Assembly: GCA_963693365.1 (NCBI GenBank)
Contig: CAVNZM010000003.1
Coordinates: forward strand, 1,368,420-1,432,419
Reading direction: 5' to 3'
Source: Amoebidium appalachense
Lineage: Eukaryota; Protista; Ichthyosporea
Length of the DNA stretch: 64,000 nt
The notes below the pieces were generated by a model. That model was not told where the DNA came from. It saw nothing but the letters and a program-made list of their open reading frames with translations, and searched no databases. Shown piece after piece: positions 1-38,770 of this stretch. Within the stretch, counting starts at the first letter, position 1. Every line of letters starts with the position of its first letter. The translations under genes and the position numbers were made by a program.

Positions 1-1925
1 GTTATAATTACGTTGGCTTATGTTGTAGGCCTTGGATGGCAATTGTGGTATGCAAAGAGAGAGAGACCTTAGGAAAGTGGGACGTAAATCTACGTTTTTG
101 GAGCAATTCAAACGAAGAATTTAGTCTCTTAGGCTTCAGGGCTGGAATCCAAGCCGTGATCCTGCAGGTGTGTTCAATGGGCAACATATTACATTTGTGG
201 ATCAGTGCACTTTAATATGTGCCTGCGTGTGCAGGCCTCCTTGAGTTTGGGCGTGTGTGCGTGTGTGTGCTTGTATGAGCGTTCACGAGCTTGCATGCTC
301 TGCATGTCTGCACTATTACCGACTTTCGTCACCTGTAGATCGCCTTTGCTCCCCTCCCTTCCTCGCCCTCCTTCGCGCCCTGCCCACCCTCCCCAACCGT
401 GCCAATTGTGTAACTGTACAAGATCATGTTCCTCTCTTAGGCATCTGTGTGATTTAGAGCTGCTCTTTCTTTGTCCATATCCGAACTTTCTGCTTGTTTT
501 CGGTGCCAGCTTGAAAGTCCAGAAGGAAGCAGCGGCTGCCCCTTCTTACACACGTTTCCTTTGGTACAGGGCCAGAGTTCTGAGGCATGGGTCCTTCTTT
601 TCCAACCAGAAGCAGGCAACCATAGTGTGGCAACATACAGGTGGGTGCTACATGGCTGGGTGTTGCGAGAGAAGGTGTAGGGGCCAGCTGGTAAAAGCGG
701 GGTGTTGGGGGGGGGGGGGGGGGGGGTGGGGAGTGAGGGGAGGTGGGGAGAGGGAGAAGGGGAAGGGTTAGGAGGAGGGGAATCGTTGGGGATGCTGGGT
801 GTTGGCCTCTCATTGCCAGTGTTTTGAACCGTATACGCTTGAACCTAATTACTTTACAACATGCATCCCTGCGCTTCTCCTCCTCCCCCCCACCCCCCCC
901 CCCCCCCTCCCCCCTCTCTCCCTCCCTCTCTCCCTCAATCCCCTCCCTCCTTCCTTCCGTCTCTCCCACCCACCCTCCCACCTACCCACCCACCCACCCA
1001 CCCACCCTCCCCTCCTCCCTCTCCTCCTCCTCCCCCCCTCCCCCCCCCCCCCCTCTACCTCACTCCCTCCTCCCCCCTTCCCCTCCCCCCCCCCTCCCCT
1101 GCCCCTTGCCACCCCTCTGGACAACATTCTTTGGTTGCTCCGATCCACCTAGTTATGGCGACCACTACCCCTCAGCATTCAACGAGTACTTCTATTCCTT
1201 CTCCCCCCTCCCCCCCCCCCTCCCCCCCCCCCCCCCCCGCCTCCTTTCTCCAAAAGATGAGACAGGCCGCAACCCTTATCATCCTGTTCTCCCACCCCTA
1301 CAGCACTTTTGTCCCACTTTCTTCGTTTCCATGCAAGCTAAAGGGACACATTTCCACCCTCACTTTTTAAAAGGACTAGCCTATTCGTTCTTCGCCCCTG
1401 CTCATCTGCCCCCCCCCCCCCTCTTCTCTCCCTCCCACCCCTTCCCCCCTAAAGTCCTCCCCCCCCCCCCCCCTCCCCCCCCTCCCCCCTTTTTGTCTTG
1501 GGAGCAGCCTGATACACCCGCCCACTCCCCTTTCTCGTCTGAATGTCTATCTTCCCGCCCTCCCCCTCCCCCCTCATCCCCACCTCCCCCCCTTCCCCTC
1601 CCCTTCCCGTCACCTTCTCGCAGTTCTTCTTCTTTCCCCCCCCCCCCCCCCCCCCCCTCCTGTGTTCCCTCCTTCTGCATATTTCAGCCTAACCGAACTA
1701 CCCATCTGCTCTACGCCGATGCCAACACACACGTGCACACACTTACGTGCAAGCACGAGCGCCTCTGTGCCCTCCCCACCCCACATCCCTGCACCCCTTA
1801 CCACCATCCACCTTGCTATAGTACCATACCTATCTCTCCTTCCTTCATCTGTCTTACGCCTCCTTGCTTCCACGCAGGTCTTGCCCTATCGTTTGCCCCC
1901 GCCCCTCCCCATCTACCACACCAGC

Positions 1926-13290
<11,365 letters not shown>

Positions 13291-13521
13291 GAAGTGGTTG
13301 CAGTGGGGGGTTTTCTGCGGAAGGTGGGGCTGGTGGTGCACATAGAAAAATTTCATTTCTTTTCCTCTTCTCTAAGTACTGAGTAGGTAGGTGCGATTGT
13401 ATATACACTTTTGTTCGACTAGCATGTCAGAGTGATTATAGCTTCTCTTTCTTTCTTTTTTGGTTTACACTTTCACAGCACTGCATGTTTTTGAATCCGC
13501 AGTTATGTTTCGAAAACCCAG

Positions 13522-13558
<37 letters not shown>

Positions 13559-13560
13559 TG

Positions 13561-13615
<55 letters not shown>

Positions 13616-14853
13616 GTGTATTTTTCTTTTCTTTCTTTGTAGGATAATTCCCTTGTAATATTTCATCTTTACCTGGCAAGCCTCACCCAAACGAAGGCTC
13701 TGAGCTTCATGTGATACAACCTGTGATCTCGAATTCCAAATTCAGGGCCCCCGGGCCGGATTTCTCTCTGTACGGTCACCTACAATAGGTAAGGGGCGGG
13801 TACTTATGTTTGCCTTGTATGTAATATTATGTATTACAATGATTATGGTATATACCTTTTTATCATCTTTCAGGCAATTTACGTAGACGTAAATAAATGA
13901 TATAAGCAAGAGCTTGTGCAAACACATGGGCCACGGTAATCGTAAATACATGTATCTTGCGTCGCAATAATGTATGGTCACTTTGCCGATTCTGGCTGCG
14001 TACGCGTAATAGGCATGCAAATGCAACGCCTTGTCACACCAATGCAATAGTGACCACATTTATGTTCCGAACAGGAAAAGACACAAAGGATTACACATGA
14101 TTACACGCAAACACACACCACATCATAAACACACGTGTTTGTTTGTACAGTCAGTACACAGTGTTGAGTGTGCCGCCAACACTTCGGGCACGTGAGCATG
14201 TTTAGATGCCAAAGTAGATCCAGCCTTGCTATTGGCCAAATTCAAAGATTCGTTCAACTTAGCACCAATAGGAAAAGGCTTTGTGTTTAACTTTCGCATT
14301 CCTTTCGTTACCACATCAAATACCAGTGAAAGCCCTTGGATAAAATCTTCCAAACCAGATAAAAGTCGATCGCGAGAACATGTTTTGATCGCTTTGCATG
14401 TGTGTTGTGCCCTTAAAGCCAATTTAATATGAACATTTCTACTACGGTTGTGAGAGGCTTTCAGTCTACTGAGGCCTAAGTATGAAAGTTACACTTGAAT
14501 ACGGGAAAGGTTCAATTAAGCATCGAGGCAGCGTTCGGATTTAGTTGAATCTCGCTAGTGCATGTACATCATGAGAGTGGATGGGTAGCTTGTTCATCTT
14601 CCAACACCTTTTCATGTTTTCCGCATCCATCAGTGAAAGCACGATTGCCATACCGGCGTAGAGTCTCGGCTAGGGTTATAAAAGGCTTTCATAAACTTGA
14701 CCTGTATGTGTCCAGTGAACAGCTTACTGTTTCTCTCTCAGTGAACCCATATCCATTTCCCTGTTCCCACGACCCTTACTTTTATCCGCGTGCTTCTTCA
14801 AGCTTTGAGCTCTTGTCAACGAGTATAGTGCTGCAGGGCCTGCAAAGGTCAAC

Positions 14854-23518
<8,665 letters not shown>

Positions 23519-24849
23519 TTGATTGATGAATGCCGTATGCGAGCATGGTCCAAAGCTTTAAGTATATAATGTGTGCCAGATTTGGCATCGCTAATTTGAA
23601 TGTTCAATATCAAATAAGTAGGTAGTAGACGTGTAAATTAGCTATAATACTGTAAGATAGTAGCAAAGTTGTGGTTTTTATGTTGTATGTGCCAGAATCT
23701 TGGTTTGGGAGATTGTAAATTAAGATATTCAGCCCGTCCGTGTATGGTAGTTCGCAATGATCGGCTAGACCATAATGAAGCTCCTATACGAGGATGTCCT
23801 CGTTATTATTGATTTGCAGCGCATAATGCTATCAAAAAAATACTTAATTTCTATCGGAAATACGTGTGTACAGCTGTCAGCTCCCGATTTTAGCAGGCTA
23901 CATGCTTCGTGATGAATGTGTGTCACTCTGCACCTCCTTTTAGCCTGGGCAGCATTGCAGGTTTGAATCCATTTCAAGTTATTTCAAACTTATTTGCTCT
24001 CTCTTTTCGTTTCTCTCACACACATTCCCTCCCTCCCTGCCGCTCCCTCTCCCTCTCTCTCCCCCCCCCCCCCCCCCCCCCCCCCCCCTCTCCCTCTCTC
24101 TATCTCCCTCCCTCCCTCCCTCCCTCCCTCCGTCACTCCCTCCCTCTCGCTCTCTCTCTCTCTCCCCCTCTCTCTCTTGTGTTTTTGCGGGTGTGGTGTA
24201 TGACGATGTGTGTGTGCGTGTCAAGGCCTCCTAGATAAACCTGGGTGTGTGTGCAGCTGCAGGCGAAGCCAACACGCCTGTGTAGAGACTGGCAGAGCTT
24301 TAGATCTCATGCGGATATAGATTAGCAGCTGCATGTAGAGACAGAGACGTACCCATCTGTATGCGAGATGGCGATCCACACAAGAGACAGTGTCAGAGCA
24401 AACGCACAGAAACGTACAGTGCAGGCTCGATATCGCCACACGCAGCCTTATGGTCTGCAAAACAAACACCACCAGAGACCAAGGCAGCAAACGATCGCGG
24501 CAGCGCAAACACATATGTAGGTACCTATCCATCCGCCATGCACAGTACTAGTGGGCGACGGCGGGGTGAACGCACAGAGCCTCACATAGAAAAAGGTAGA
24601 GCAAACACGCACATACATGTACATACAGGCTGACAGAGGAGGCCTCGGCCTCGGGAGAGGCACAAAACTCTTTGATCACGTGCAGAGGATTACTAAGTGC
24701 AGAGAGACGTCCTGAGTCTGAGACGTACAGCCTGTTAAGGGACTTAAACTCAGTGATCACCAAGGCAGCTTTTACAACGCTGGCCCATCTCTCCCCCCCC
24801 CTTTCCCCCCCGCGGCCGCCCCCCTCCCCAACACACACGCACACACCGT

Positions 24850-24962
<113 letters not shown>

Positions 24963-25026
24963 GTGGTACGTACCTACTCACACTCACACGTACACGTGCA
25001 CGTGCACTTGTCACGCACACACACAC

Positions 25027-25444
<418 letters not shown>

Positions 25445-25622
25445 CACCAACACCACCACCACCCGTGACCACCACCACCAAAGCCACCCACCGTGGCACC
25501 CGGCCCCCCAAAAAAACCCTTGGACTGGCTACCCCGGCTGGGCCGGCGCCAGCGGGCCTGGCCCCCGCCGTCAAAGATTACGTAATCGCGGCTCACCGGA
25601 GTCACGGAGCTGGCTCCGGACC

Positions 25623-25935
25623 CGGGGGTGTGGGGACTTGACTTCAAGTCGCGACTTGAAGTCACTAAGCACCTGACTTCCATTTAGTCAAGTCAAGTCA
25701 TGTGGCCAATCATAATAGTGACTTGAAGGAAGAGGGGTGCTTGGGGCGGGGAAGAAAAAGAGGGGTGGTTGGAAGGGGGGGCGCAATGTCCGCCCGTGGG
25801 TATGGCTGGCGGGAGGAGTTGCTAAAAATAGTACTTCTGCAAGTCGCGACTTCAAAGTCAAGTCAAGTCATCAAACCCAGCAAACAGTTATAAATATAAG
25901 TCAAGTCAAGTCATTGAGGCTCTGCCACACCCCTG
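25623..25935. mobile_element. Putative non-autonomous TIR element (hAT-like MITE) with AAGTC/GACTT subterminal repeats
   Basis: Left cgggggtgtgg vs right ccacacccctg (10/11 inverted match, CAGGGGTG-type end). Many gacttgactt/aagtcaagtc motifs and palindrome ttcaagtcgcgacttgaa. No 8-bp TSD found. Confidence 0.4.
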
Positions 25936-26634
25936 AAGCCTGGCTCACGGTCCACTCGCGGCACGGGCCATGTAGCAAGAGCTGCAGGTGCGCACAATAA
26001 CAAACGCCAAGGTTGATTATTTAATAATAAAAAGGTTTAAGTGTAATATCAATACATACCTGCTTGCGTTTGCCTGCATGTCGCCAAGAAAAAAACACGA
26101 GTACTTGGACTTTTTACGAGTAATGATTACTGTACTGCAGTCTGTAGTGTTTGCCCATGTACTGGAAACATTCGGAACGTGATTGGATGACCGGTAAACG
26201 GAGCGAAAACAAGCCAATAGAACGCGGCTAATGGGTGAAAGTGAGAAAAAACCCGTTTTGTTTAATTTGATCCAATCATATACATAGTCTACCACTTAAA
26301 TGTTTAAAGTGTAATATTCACCCCATACCTGAGACCCCCCCCCATACCCCCATACCTGAGACTGGTTCTCTTTGCCTCGAGTAAACAGCGTAAACCACAA
26401 TAGTATAAAGTCATGTTTACAGTACGGCGTGATTTCAGTTGCGTCATCGGTGGTCATCCGGTTTGGATCTAGCCGTTGCCAACTCTCTTTACGTATGGTT
26501 ATGTGACGCTCTCTTTTCCCCATCAAAGTATACTTGAGAGTACCGCGAGCGTTTTATACACATAATGTATAAAAGGAGACGAAAACGAAGCTTTGTATCT
26601 GTGTTCTTGCAAAACTGAAGATCAGGTTCTAGCA

Positions 26635-27433
26635 ATGGCAGCGATTGCATTTGCTGCGCTGATCCCCGCGGCAGGCGGGTTCATGGGCGTTAACTCCAAA
26701 ATGCCTTCCCACCACAGCAACTATCCTCAGGTATGTTTTTGCGCAGTGCAGGGAAAAACGTTTCTCTCTCTGTGTGTGTGTTTATAACAAGTTTGGTGTT
26801 TATTGGAAAGTAGAACTCTGCATGAAGCCGATGAAGTTGGTTGTCCTGATATGTGCAAGCAGCTCACGAAAAGAACTTTTTTTTTCTTTTTTTCTTTTTT
26901 TCCTTGCTATTATTATTAGCTGGGGCGTGGCTTGGTACACGTCAGTGAATGTGCGTGCATGTATTTTTTGTGCCACGGAATTTTGTAGGTGCACGTGCGT
27001 GTGTGTATGTATTTGTATTGTTATATGGAAGCACACGCCCGGCGCTCGTACTTGTGCACGTGTGTGTTTGCTTGAGCTACTTCTGCTCACTCCTTTGCGA
27101 ACTTCGCTCAAGCTGTGCTGATGCGTAGGGTCAGGTTTGTGTGCCACTTCCTATGCCGTATTGTGTGTTTGTGTGTTCTATGCGCCAAGGTGAATGAGCA
27201 CGCTTGCACATGCACATTTGTCAAGAAAAAATTGCTCGTTATGTGAAATTTAGTTTAACTTACAGTGTGAGTTCACAGTGTTCCTTTTTTCGGGGTTGTT
27301 CTTTCTGATTAGCTGCCCTTTTTTTGGTGTGTACCCTTATTGCTGTCTGGGACATCTCATACATGCATGTATTACCAGCCAGATTACCAGCCTCAATACC
27401 CAGATGTAACTGACTTCTGTACGTTCATCAGCG

Positions 27434-27511
<78 letters not shown>

Positions 27512-27580
27512 ACTCGCACTGTGACACACACACGCATGCACTCGCACACACACACACAAAACACACACCATAGCGCATAT

Positions 27581-27655
<75 letters not shown>

Positions 27656-27755
27656 CATGTCTGCGCAGGTCTCTGCCATCGTTCCGGCATCCGTGTGATG
27701 ATCTTCTCCGAGCGGGGCCACCACACGCTCGAGTTTTGCAGCATGGGCTGCTTTC
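26635..27755 (+). CDS. First two exons of a spliced gene of unknown function (possible third exon 43591-43847)
   Basis: ATG 26635 to cag|gtatgt at 26730; (CA)n-cag acceptor at 27656 to c|gtaagt at 27755; frame joins ([15 protein letters not shown]...[11 protein letters not shown]...GCF). Confidence 0.5.
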
Positions 27756-27819
27756 GTAAGTACGGCACGCAAACCTCGGGTGTACTTTGACTACATGGCC
27801 CAAGTGCCAGAATAATAGC

Positions 27820-29510
27820 CATTTTAGGAAGGTGTCGAACCATATTTGGAAGGTACATCAGCAATCTTGCGCGAACATCCAAAACATATCAAACCCATCT
27901 AGGATATGCAACTGTATATTAATGGATATCCTTTGGATATACACACGATATGTAGGATGGTTTCAGTCGAACATATCAATACCATCCACTGGATATATAC
28001 AACATGTCTATTTCCTCCTGACCTCCAACCAATGTCCAATATATATGTAGTTGCATGCTTAGATAGTGATCAAGATATTACACCCCCAATAGATATCACA
28101 TATGGATATCCATGCTGTACCTCCATTGGGCATCGTTGTGATATCACATATCTGGATATGCAATCAATGCTTATATGGATACATAAGTGCACCTATAATG
28201 GCCATTAAATACACATTAGATGCATATGAATGCAGACATCAAACGCCATCTGGTTGGTTCGGCATGTATTGGATATTAGACAGATGCCCACAATGGATAT
28301 CGACGCTGGATATCCAATGATGGAATTTCAACTGCATTCCTCCGTTGGATAGCTATATGGATATGTAACATTCTGGATATCCATTTGGATGCTTAGCTGT
28401 ATATTAGACTGGATCAGTAACAACATATCCAATACATGACTGCCACGGATATCCGATCAAAATCCCCATACAGATATCAAGATATCCCTGTCGCAAGACA
28501 TGCAATACACCTAACAAGTATATCCAATGGCGGTCTATAGTGGATGTCCATATTGGATATCCATTGAAATATCCAGATGGATCGCTAATACATGTGCACT
28601 TGACCCCAACGCTAATGAACAATGCATGCCCATATTGGATACGTTCAATGGATATCCATTCCGATATCCAGATACATACGCATTTGCTTGTCCACTAGAC
28701 CCTCCTATAATAACCAAAGCATGACGATTCTACATATCCAATTAGATCACCAAATATGGCTCTGACGGTTATCCATATACACCCGCACGCTGATGTCCAA
28801 TAGACAATCATACTAAGACACAATGGATAGCTATACTGGTTATCTAGGCTTAACATCCATACAGATATCTTGATACACCTGCATTTGCCCATCCACTAGA
28901 CCCTAATACTAATATCCAATCCATGACGAAAATACATATCACAATAGACCCCCATACCGATCTCCAACGGCTATCCATATGCACCCCTGCTTACCCATCC
29001 AATATATGTCGATATTCATATACAATGCATCACCATTCACAATATCTAAGCTTAATATCCAACATGATATGCGGATACATATACACCTACATATGCACTC
29101 GGCACCTATGTTGATACCTAATGCATGAAAAACAAACATATCAAAGTAGATGCCCAACCTAATGCCTAACTCTTAACAAACATACATGTTTTGGGATATC
29201 CATTTACACCCGTATCTAATACTCAAAATATCAATATAACAGCTATCTGGGTTGATACCCATACAGATAGCCAGATACATCTGTAGCTACATGTCTAGGG
29301 TATATCCACTGGATTAATTGCATAATTTTGGTACTGTATATCTGCAGCATATCTATTAGGGTGTATTTGATATGTAATAAGGCATTTCCGGATAAACATT
29401 ATACATCTTTACTGATCCATCGCATGACCATATGATGGCTAATGACCACCATTGATAAATAAATTATGTCTGGTCTTATATCTATCACATAAGTAATACT
29501 TATCCACGGC
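27820..29510. repeat. Degenerate TGGATAT/ATATCCA-motif tract (transposon subterminal-type repeat)
   Basis: Dense recurrence of ggatat/atatcc motifs in both orientations; similar tracts at ~31965-32190, ~34945-35175 and ~42800-43480. Confidence 0.6.
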
Positions 29511-29629
29511 ACAAAGTTACACAACCACGTTATACTCGGTTCCACAAATCAAGGGGAAGAAATAGATAAAAAGAGGAAGAAAAAAAAAAGAAAAAATATA
29601 GTTTAGTGACAAACACACACACACATGAG

Positions 29630-29718
<89 letters not shown>

Positions 29719-29720
29719 AG

Positions 29721-29771
<51 letters not shown>

Positions 29772-29799
29772 GTCACCCACAAACACACACACACATGAG

Positions 29800-29920
<121 letters not shown>

Positions 29921-30279
29921 GGGGGGGGGGTAACATTAAAAAAAAGTAACCTTGCATGATAACGTCGTCCTCGGTGTCCCTGAGGTTGTCTTCTTCTCCA
30001 TCATCAGTCTGAGGGAATGGGATCCCTACATCCTCCCCCTCCACCGCCTCCAACAGCTCCTCCAAAGAAACATCGGGGGCCTCGTCTTCCACAATTAAAT
30101 TGGCCCCCCTCTCCTCCTCCAGACCCATGATGATGGTCCTACGCAAATCCAGGGCATCCCAACGCCGTACCTTGGTTGCTACCTGAGAAAGCAGAAAGCA
30201 ACAGAACGTGTGCAAGAATGTGGGACCTATACACACAGTACATACACACAACGCCTGAGGGGACTAAAAAGGATTCATA

Positions 30280-30311
<32 letters not shown>

Positions 30312-30319
30312 GCACAGTG

Positions 30320-30357
<38 letters not shown>

Positions 30358-30393
30358 GCACACACACACACACACACACACAACCACGAGGCA

Positions 30394-30474
<81 letters not shown>

Positions 30475-30525
30475 CGAGGCACACACACACCACACACACA
30501 CACACACAAACCCGATGCACACACA

Positions 30526-30593
<68 letters not shown>

Positions 30594-30885
30594 ACTGGCA
30601 CACACACACACACACACACACACAAGCACGAGGCACACACACACACACACACACACACATACAAGCACCGTGACGAGGCACACACACACACACACACACA
30701 AGCACGAGGCACACACACACAAGCACCGTGACGAGGCACACACACACACACACACACAAGCACGAGGCATACACACACAAGCACCGTGACGAGGCACACA
30801 CACACACACACACACAAGCACGAGGCACACACACACAAGCACCGTGACGAGGCACACACACACACACACACAAGCACGAGGCACA

Positions 30886-30965
<80 letters not shown>

Positions 30966-30998
30966 CACACACACACATACACACATTCTGGGACACAC

Positions 30999-31042
<44 letters not shown>

Positions 31043-31071
31043 CGAGGCACACAAACACATACACACATTCT

Positions 31072-31169
<98 letters not shown>

Positions 31170-31173
31170 CACA

Positions 31174-31232
<59 letters not shown>

Positions 31233-31267
31233 GCACACACACACACACACACACACACAAGCACGAG

Positions 31268-31299
<32 letters not shown>

Positions 31300-31352
31300 G
31301 CACCGTGACGAGGCACACACACACACACACACAAGCACGAGGCACACACACA

Positions 31353-31400
<48 letters not shown>

Positions 31401-31431
31401 CGAGGCACACACACACACACACAAACACGAG

Positions 31432-31477
<46 letters not shown>

Positions 31478-31479
31478 AG

Positions 31480-31513
<34 letters not shown>

Positions 31514-31669
31514 AGACACAGACACACACACACACACATACACACACATACACATACACACACAAGCACCGTGACGAGGCACACACACACACACACAAGC
31601 ACGAGGCACACACACACACACACGCGGGCGCGCGCGCGCGCACACACACACACACAAACACAAACACAC

Positions 31670-35475
<3,806 letters not shown>

Positions 35476-35510
35476 TGTGTCGGGATAGGGGGAGAGGAGG
35501 TGTTGCTTTG

Positions 35511-35551
<41 letters not shown>

Positions 35552-35841
35552 GGGGGGGAGGGGGGGAGGGGGGGGGGGGGTGGGGGTTTACACACTTTTT
35601 ATTGCGTGGACACTGCTGGAGGGATGGAGCCCCAGGGGGGGGGGGGGGGGGTAAGGGGTGCGCGTGCGTCCGTGCACACGTGTATGTGAGTGTGCCACGC
35701 GTGTACGGTGCGCGTGGGTTTTAATTTCTGTGTGTGTATTAAAGTGCGCGCGTGCGCATCATATGCAGACGTACGCGTGCATGCATATGTCGACGATGTG
35801 TGTGTGTCGTTGACAGTGCGTGAACGCATACGTGCATCATA

Positions 35842-35877
<36 letters not shown>

Positions 35878-38012
35878 ATGTATGGATGTGCTGTATGCAC
35901 GTAAATGATTATCCTTGCTTCTTTATGATAATATATGTGCACAGTGCTAATTAGTACTAGCGTATACGTACACATGCCATGCGCGCCGGCCAGTCGGTGA
36001 AGCATGCACGTGCACATTGTTATAATTAATATAAAAATGGAGGGGGGGGGGGGGAGGGGGAGGGATAAGGGGGGGGGGGGGGGGGGGGCTGGCCATGGCC
36101 GGGGGAACAACCTGAGTGCATATGCATGTACTGCAGCTGCACGGTGCGGGCGTACCGTTTACGGTACAGTGCATGCATGCGCGCACTAACAATATATACT
36201 TGATATCGAATACCAGTGATATCCGGATCATCGTCCGCCAGCCGCACCGTGTGCACAGATATCATGATATATGTATTTAAATTATATGTATATTCATATA
36301 TATAAATATATATAAATATAATTTATGATATATATTTATATATGTTTATATATCTATATTCTATAATATAAATATATTACAACTTTGATGTATGTAGAAC
36401 GCATGGAGGGATTATCGGCTTGACTCATCGGATTCGAACCACCATGCTTGTCCTGCTGCGTGATTGGTGTTTTGTAATCTGATTAATGATAATCAGATTG
36501 AACCGATTTTTGTTCGGCTGTGTGATTGGTATTCATTAGTCACATTATGGATAATCCGATTATGCTCCTGTTTCTTGATTGGTCTTCTCCAATCATTAAT
36601 GATTGTCCGTTATGACAGTTTTTTTCCCACCCTTCGGAGGTGAGTTTTCACTTGCACTTCCGCTGTTCAAGAAGTCTGAGCTGTAACTCCTTTCAGTTGC
36701 ACCCGTGGCTTGTAAGCTAACTAGACGATGTTTTCAGAGCTACAGGCTGTGCAGGTTAGTACAGATGCTTATGCGACTGTTGCGTCTACCTGTTTGCTGA
36801 AGGACTGGGCTTCTGTGCAACGTTCTATTCTTGCTTTTCTTCCTTGCTGTAGCCCTCCTTTCTTCTTGGTCTTTCCTGCCGCAACTGGTGCATGCTGTCG
36901 CAGTTTTACTTTCTGTCACACTGCAGCTTTTTTGTGCCCTCTGTGCTCACATCTGCATAACAGGATGATACTTTCAAGAGTTATTTTCACCTTTGCTCTC
37001 CTCTTTCACATGCAGGGCACCATCCTCTCTGACAGAGGCACCATCCTCTCTGACAGAGGCTAACGGCCGCTTGCTTTTAGAATGACAGCTTCTAAACCGA
37101 GCAGCAAGGAGGTAGGTTTTTACTGCCTGGGTTATGCCCAGCTTGGGCTGGCACCTTTTGATGTTGGTTCTTGGCAATGCCGCTTTTTGTGAAAACGTTC
37201 TTGCAATAAAGAGCCCTAAGGGACCTTGCACTTATCGTTTATGGTATAGTGGTTGAGCTCTTCTGTAGGTCAGCCTGTCAGCACTTTTAGTTTTGTGCAG
37301 GTAAACACAGGGCAAAAAGCGCGCATTCTGCATCATTGTGTGCCAAGCCATGTTTTCGGCAGTTTCTACAAGTCTCTTAGTTCATAAGGGCTGGAGCATA
37401 CAAAACTTCTCGGCAACCATTGTTGGAAGGTTATGCCCTCCTTTGTTTCATTGTTTTAACAAATGTGTGCCGTCCTTATTGCCCAGCATGTGTAGTGGGG
37501 CACCCATCTATCATGACATGTGCACGTTTGACTTTTTACCTGTGTGATAAGGTCTGGTAGCGCCCACTCCTACACGTTGCACGCAACGTACCCCACTGAC
37601 ACATACGAGGTTCGTCGGTAACCACTTGCTTGCATCGAAAGTTTAGAGTGCTGCTGTAGGTATGACAATGTAAGATTCTGTCCTTTTGATGTTTTCGTGT
37701 TAAACCTCATGGGGGTTTTGTCCCCCCCCCCCCCCCCCCCCCCCCCCCCGCCCAAAAAAAAAAAACAAACTTTTCAGCTATAACATAATGGACCAGGTTA
37801 TTCCCCTTATTTCCTGTTTCAAACTGCCTCTCACTTTTCCTCCTTCTCACTGGTCACGCTTCACTTTCCCCGTGCAGGTGGGAGATGGTGCACTCGGGTG
37901 AGTCTTCTAGCAAGCAGCAGCAGCGCACACGGCTGACCGCAAGATTGTTCGGTGCTGGTACATGACTGCCAACCTCGACATTCCGACATAACAATTCCAC
38001 GACACTGGTACC

Positions 38013-38043
<31 letters not shown>

Positions 38044-38050
38044 AAAGAAA

Positions 38051-38097
<47 letters not shown>

Positions 38098-38542
38098 ACA
38101 CAGCTTCCCATCCACCTTGCCTTAAGTTCTATCATAAACTAATTTGCTGTTTGCTGATCTCTCTTCCCACTCACTTGGTTACTTTGGTGCATCGTGTTCT
38201 GTGTGTGTGGGTGTAGTGTGCATCAGTGTGTGTGTGTGTGTGCTATATATATGTATAAACATTGTGTATATATGTCGTTGATCACCATCCCCCCCCCCCC
38301 CCCCCCCCCAAAACGCCTGTTCTCCCACCTCTCCATTCCCCCCCATCTCTCTGTATGTGCGCACATGTAGGTGTGAGTGGGCCCGGGTGTGTATGCACAA
38401 TAATGTATTTTGGTTCTCAATGTATCCCTTAGTAGTCGTTATACTTGTAAATAGTACGTCGAGGCTTCCAGCAACCATATCCTTCTATGAAAACTACTCC
38501 GGGACGTGTGTTGCCTCTAGGGGGACATCCCCTTGGACGAAA

Positions 38543-38770
38543 ATGGAAATGCAATACCAATTTACGTTACAGGCATCCTACCTACCAGGACCCCTCAACC
38601 ATCTGGCCGATGCCATTTCTCGTAACCAACTTCCCCGGGCCCGCCGGTTGCAGGGAAGGTCGGAGTCGTCGGGCCCGGGGAAGTTGGTTACGAGAAATGG
38701 CATCGGCCAGATGGTTGAGGGGTCCTGGTAGGTAGGATGCCTGTAACGTAAATTGGTATTGCATTTCCAT
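38543..38770. repeat. Perfect 101-bp inverted repeat (fold-back) with 26-nt loop at the end of RNase H
   Basis: 38543-38643 is the reverse complement of 38670-38770. Confidence 0.95.

Noticed and set aside
700-1900. Long Pro-rich/Gly-rich ORFs (e.g. 743-1984)
   Set aside because: Products of poly-C/poly-G low-complexity DNA lacking stops; the credible start is the ATG at 1926.
13740-14520. Short ORFs between the two host genes
   Set aside because: No domain signal or clear splice structure; likely intergenic/promoter DNA.
30600-31610. Repeat-spacer-like pattern (caagcacgagg / caccgtgacgagg separated by CA runs)
   Set aside because: Spacers are only variable (CA)n; it is a compound microsatellite within a transposase intron.
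36720-37560. Possible decayed minus-strand coding sequence next to a CCAAT-rich tract (36440-36610)
   Set aside because: Short broken frames with no recognisable motif.
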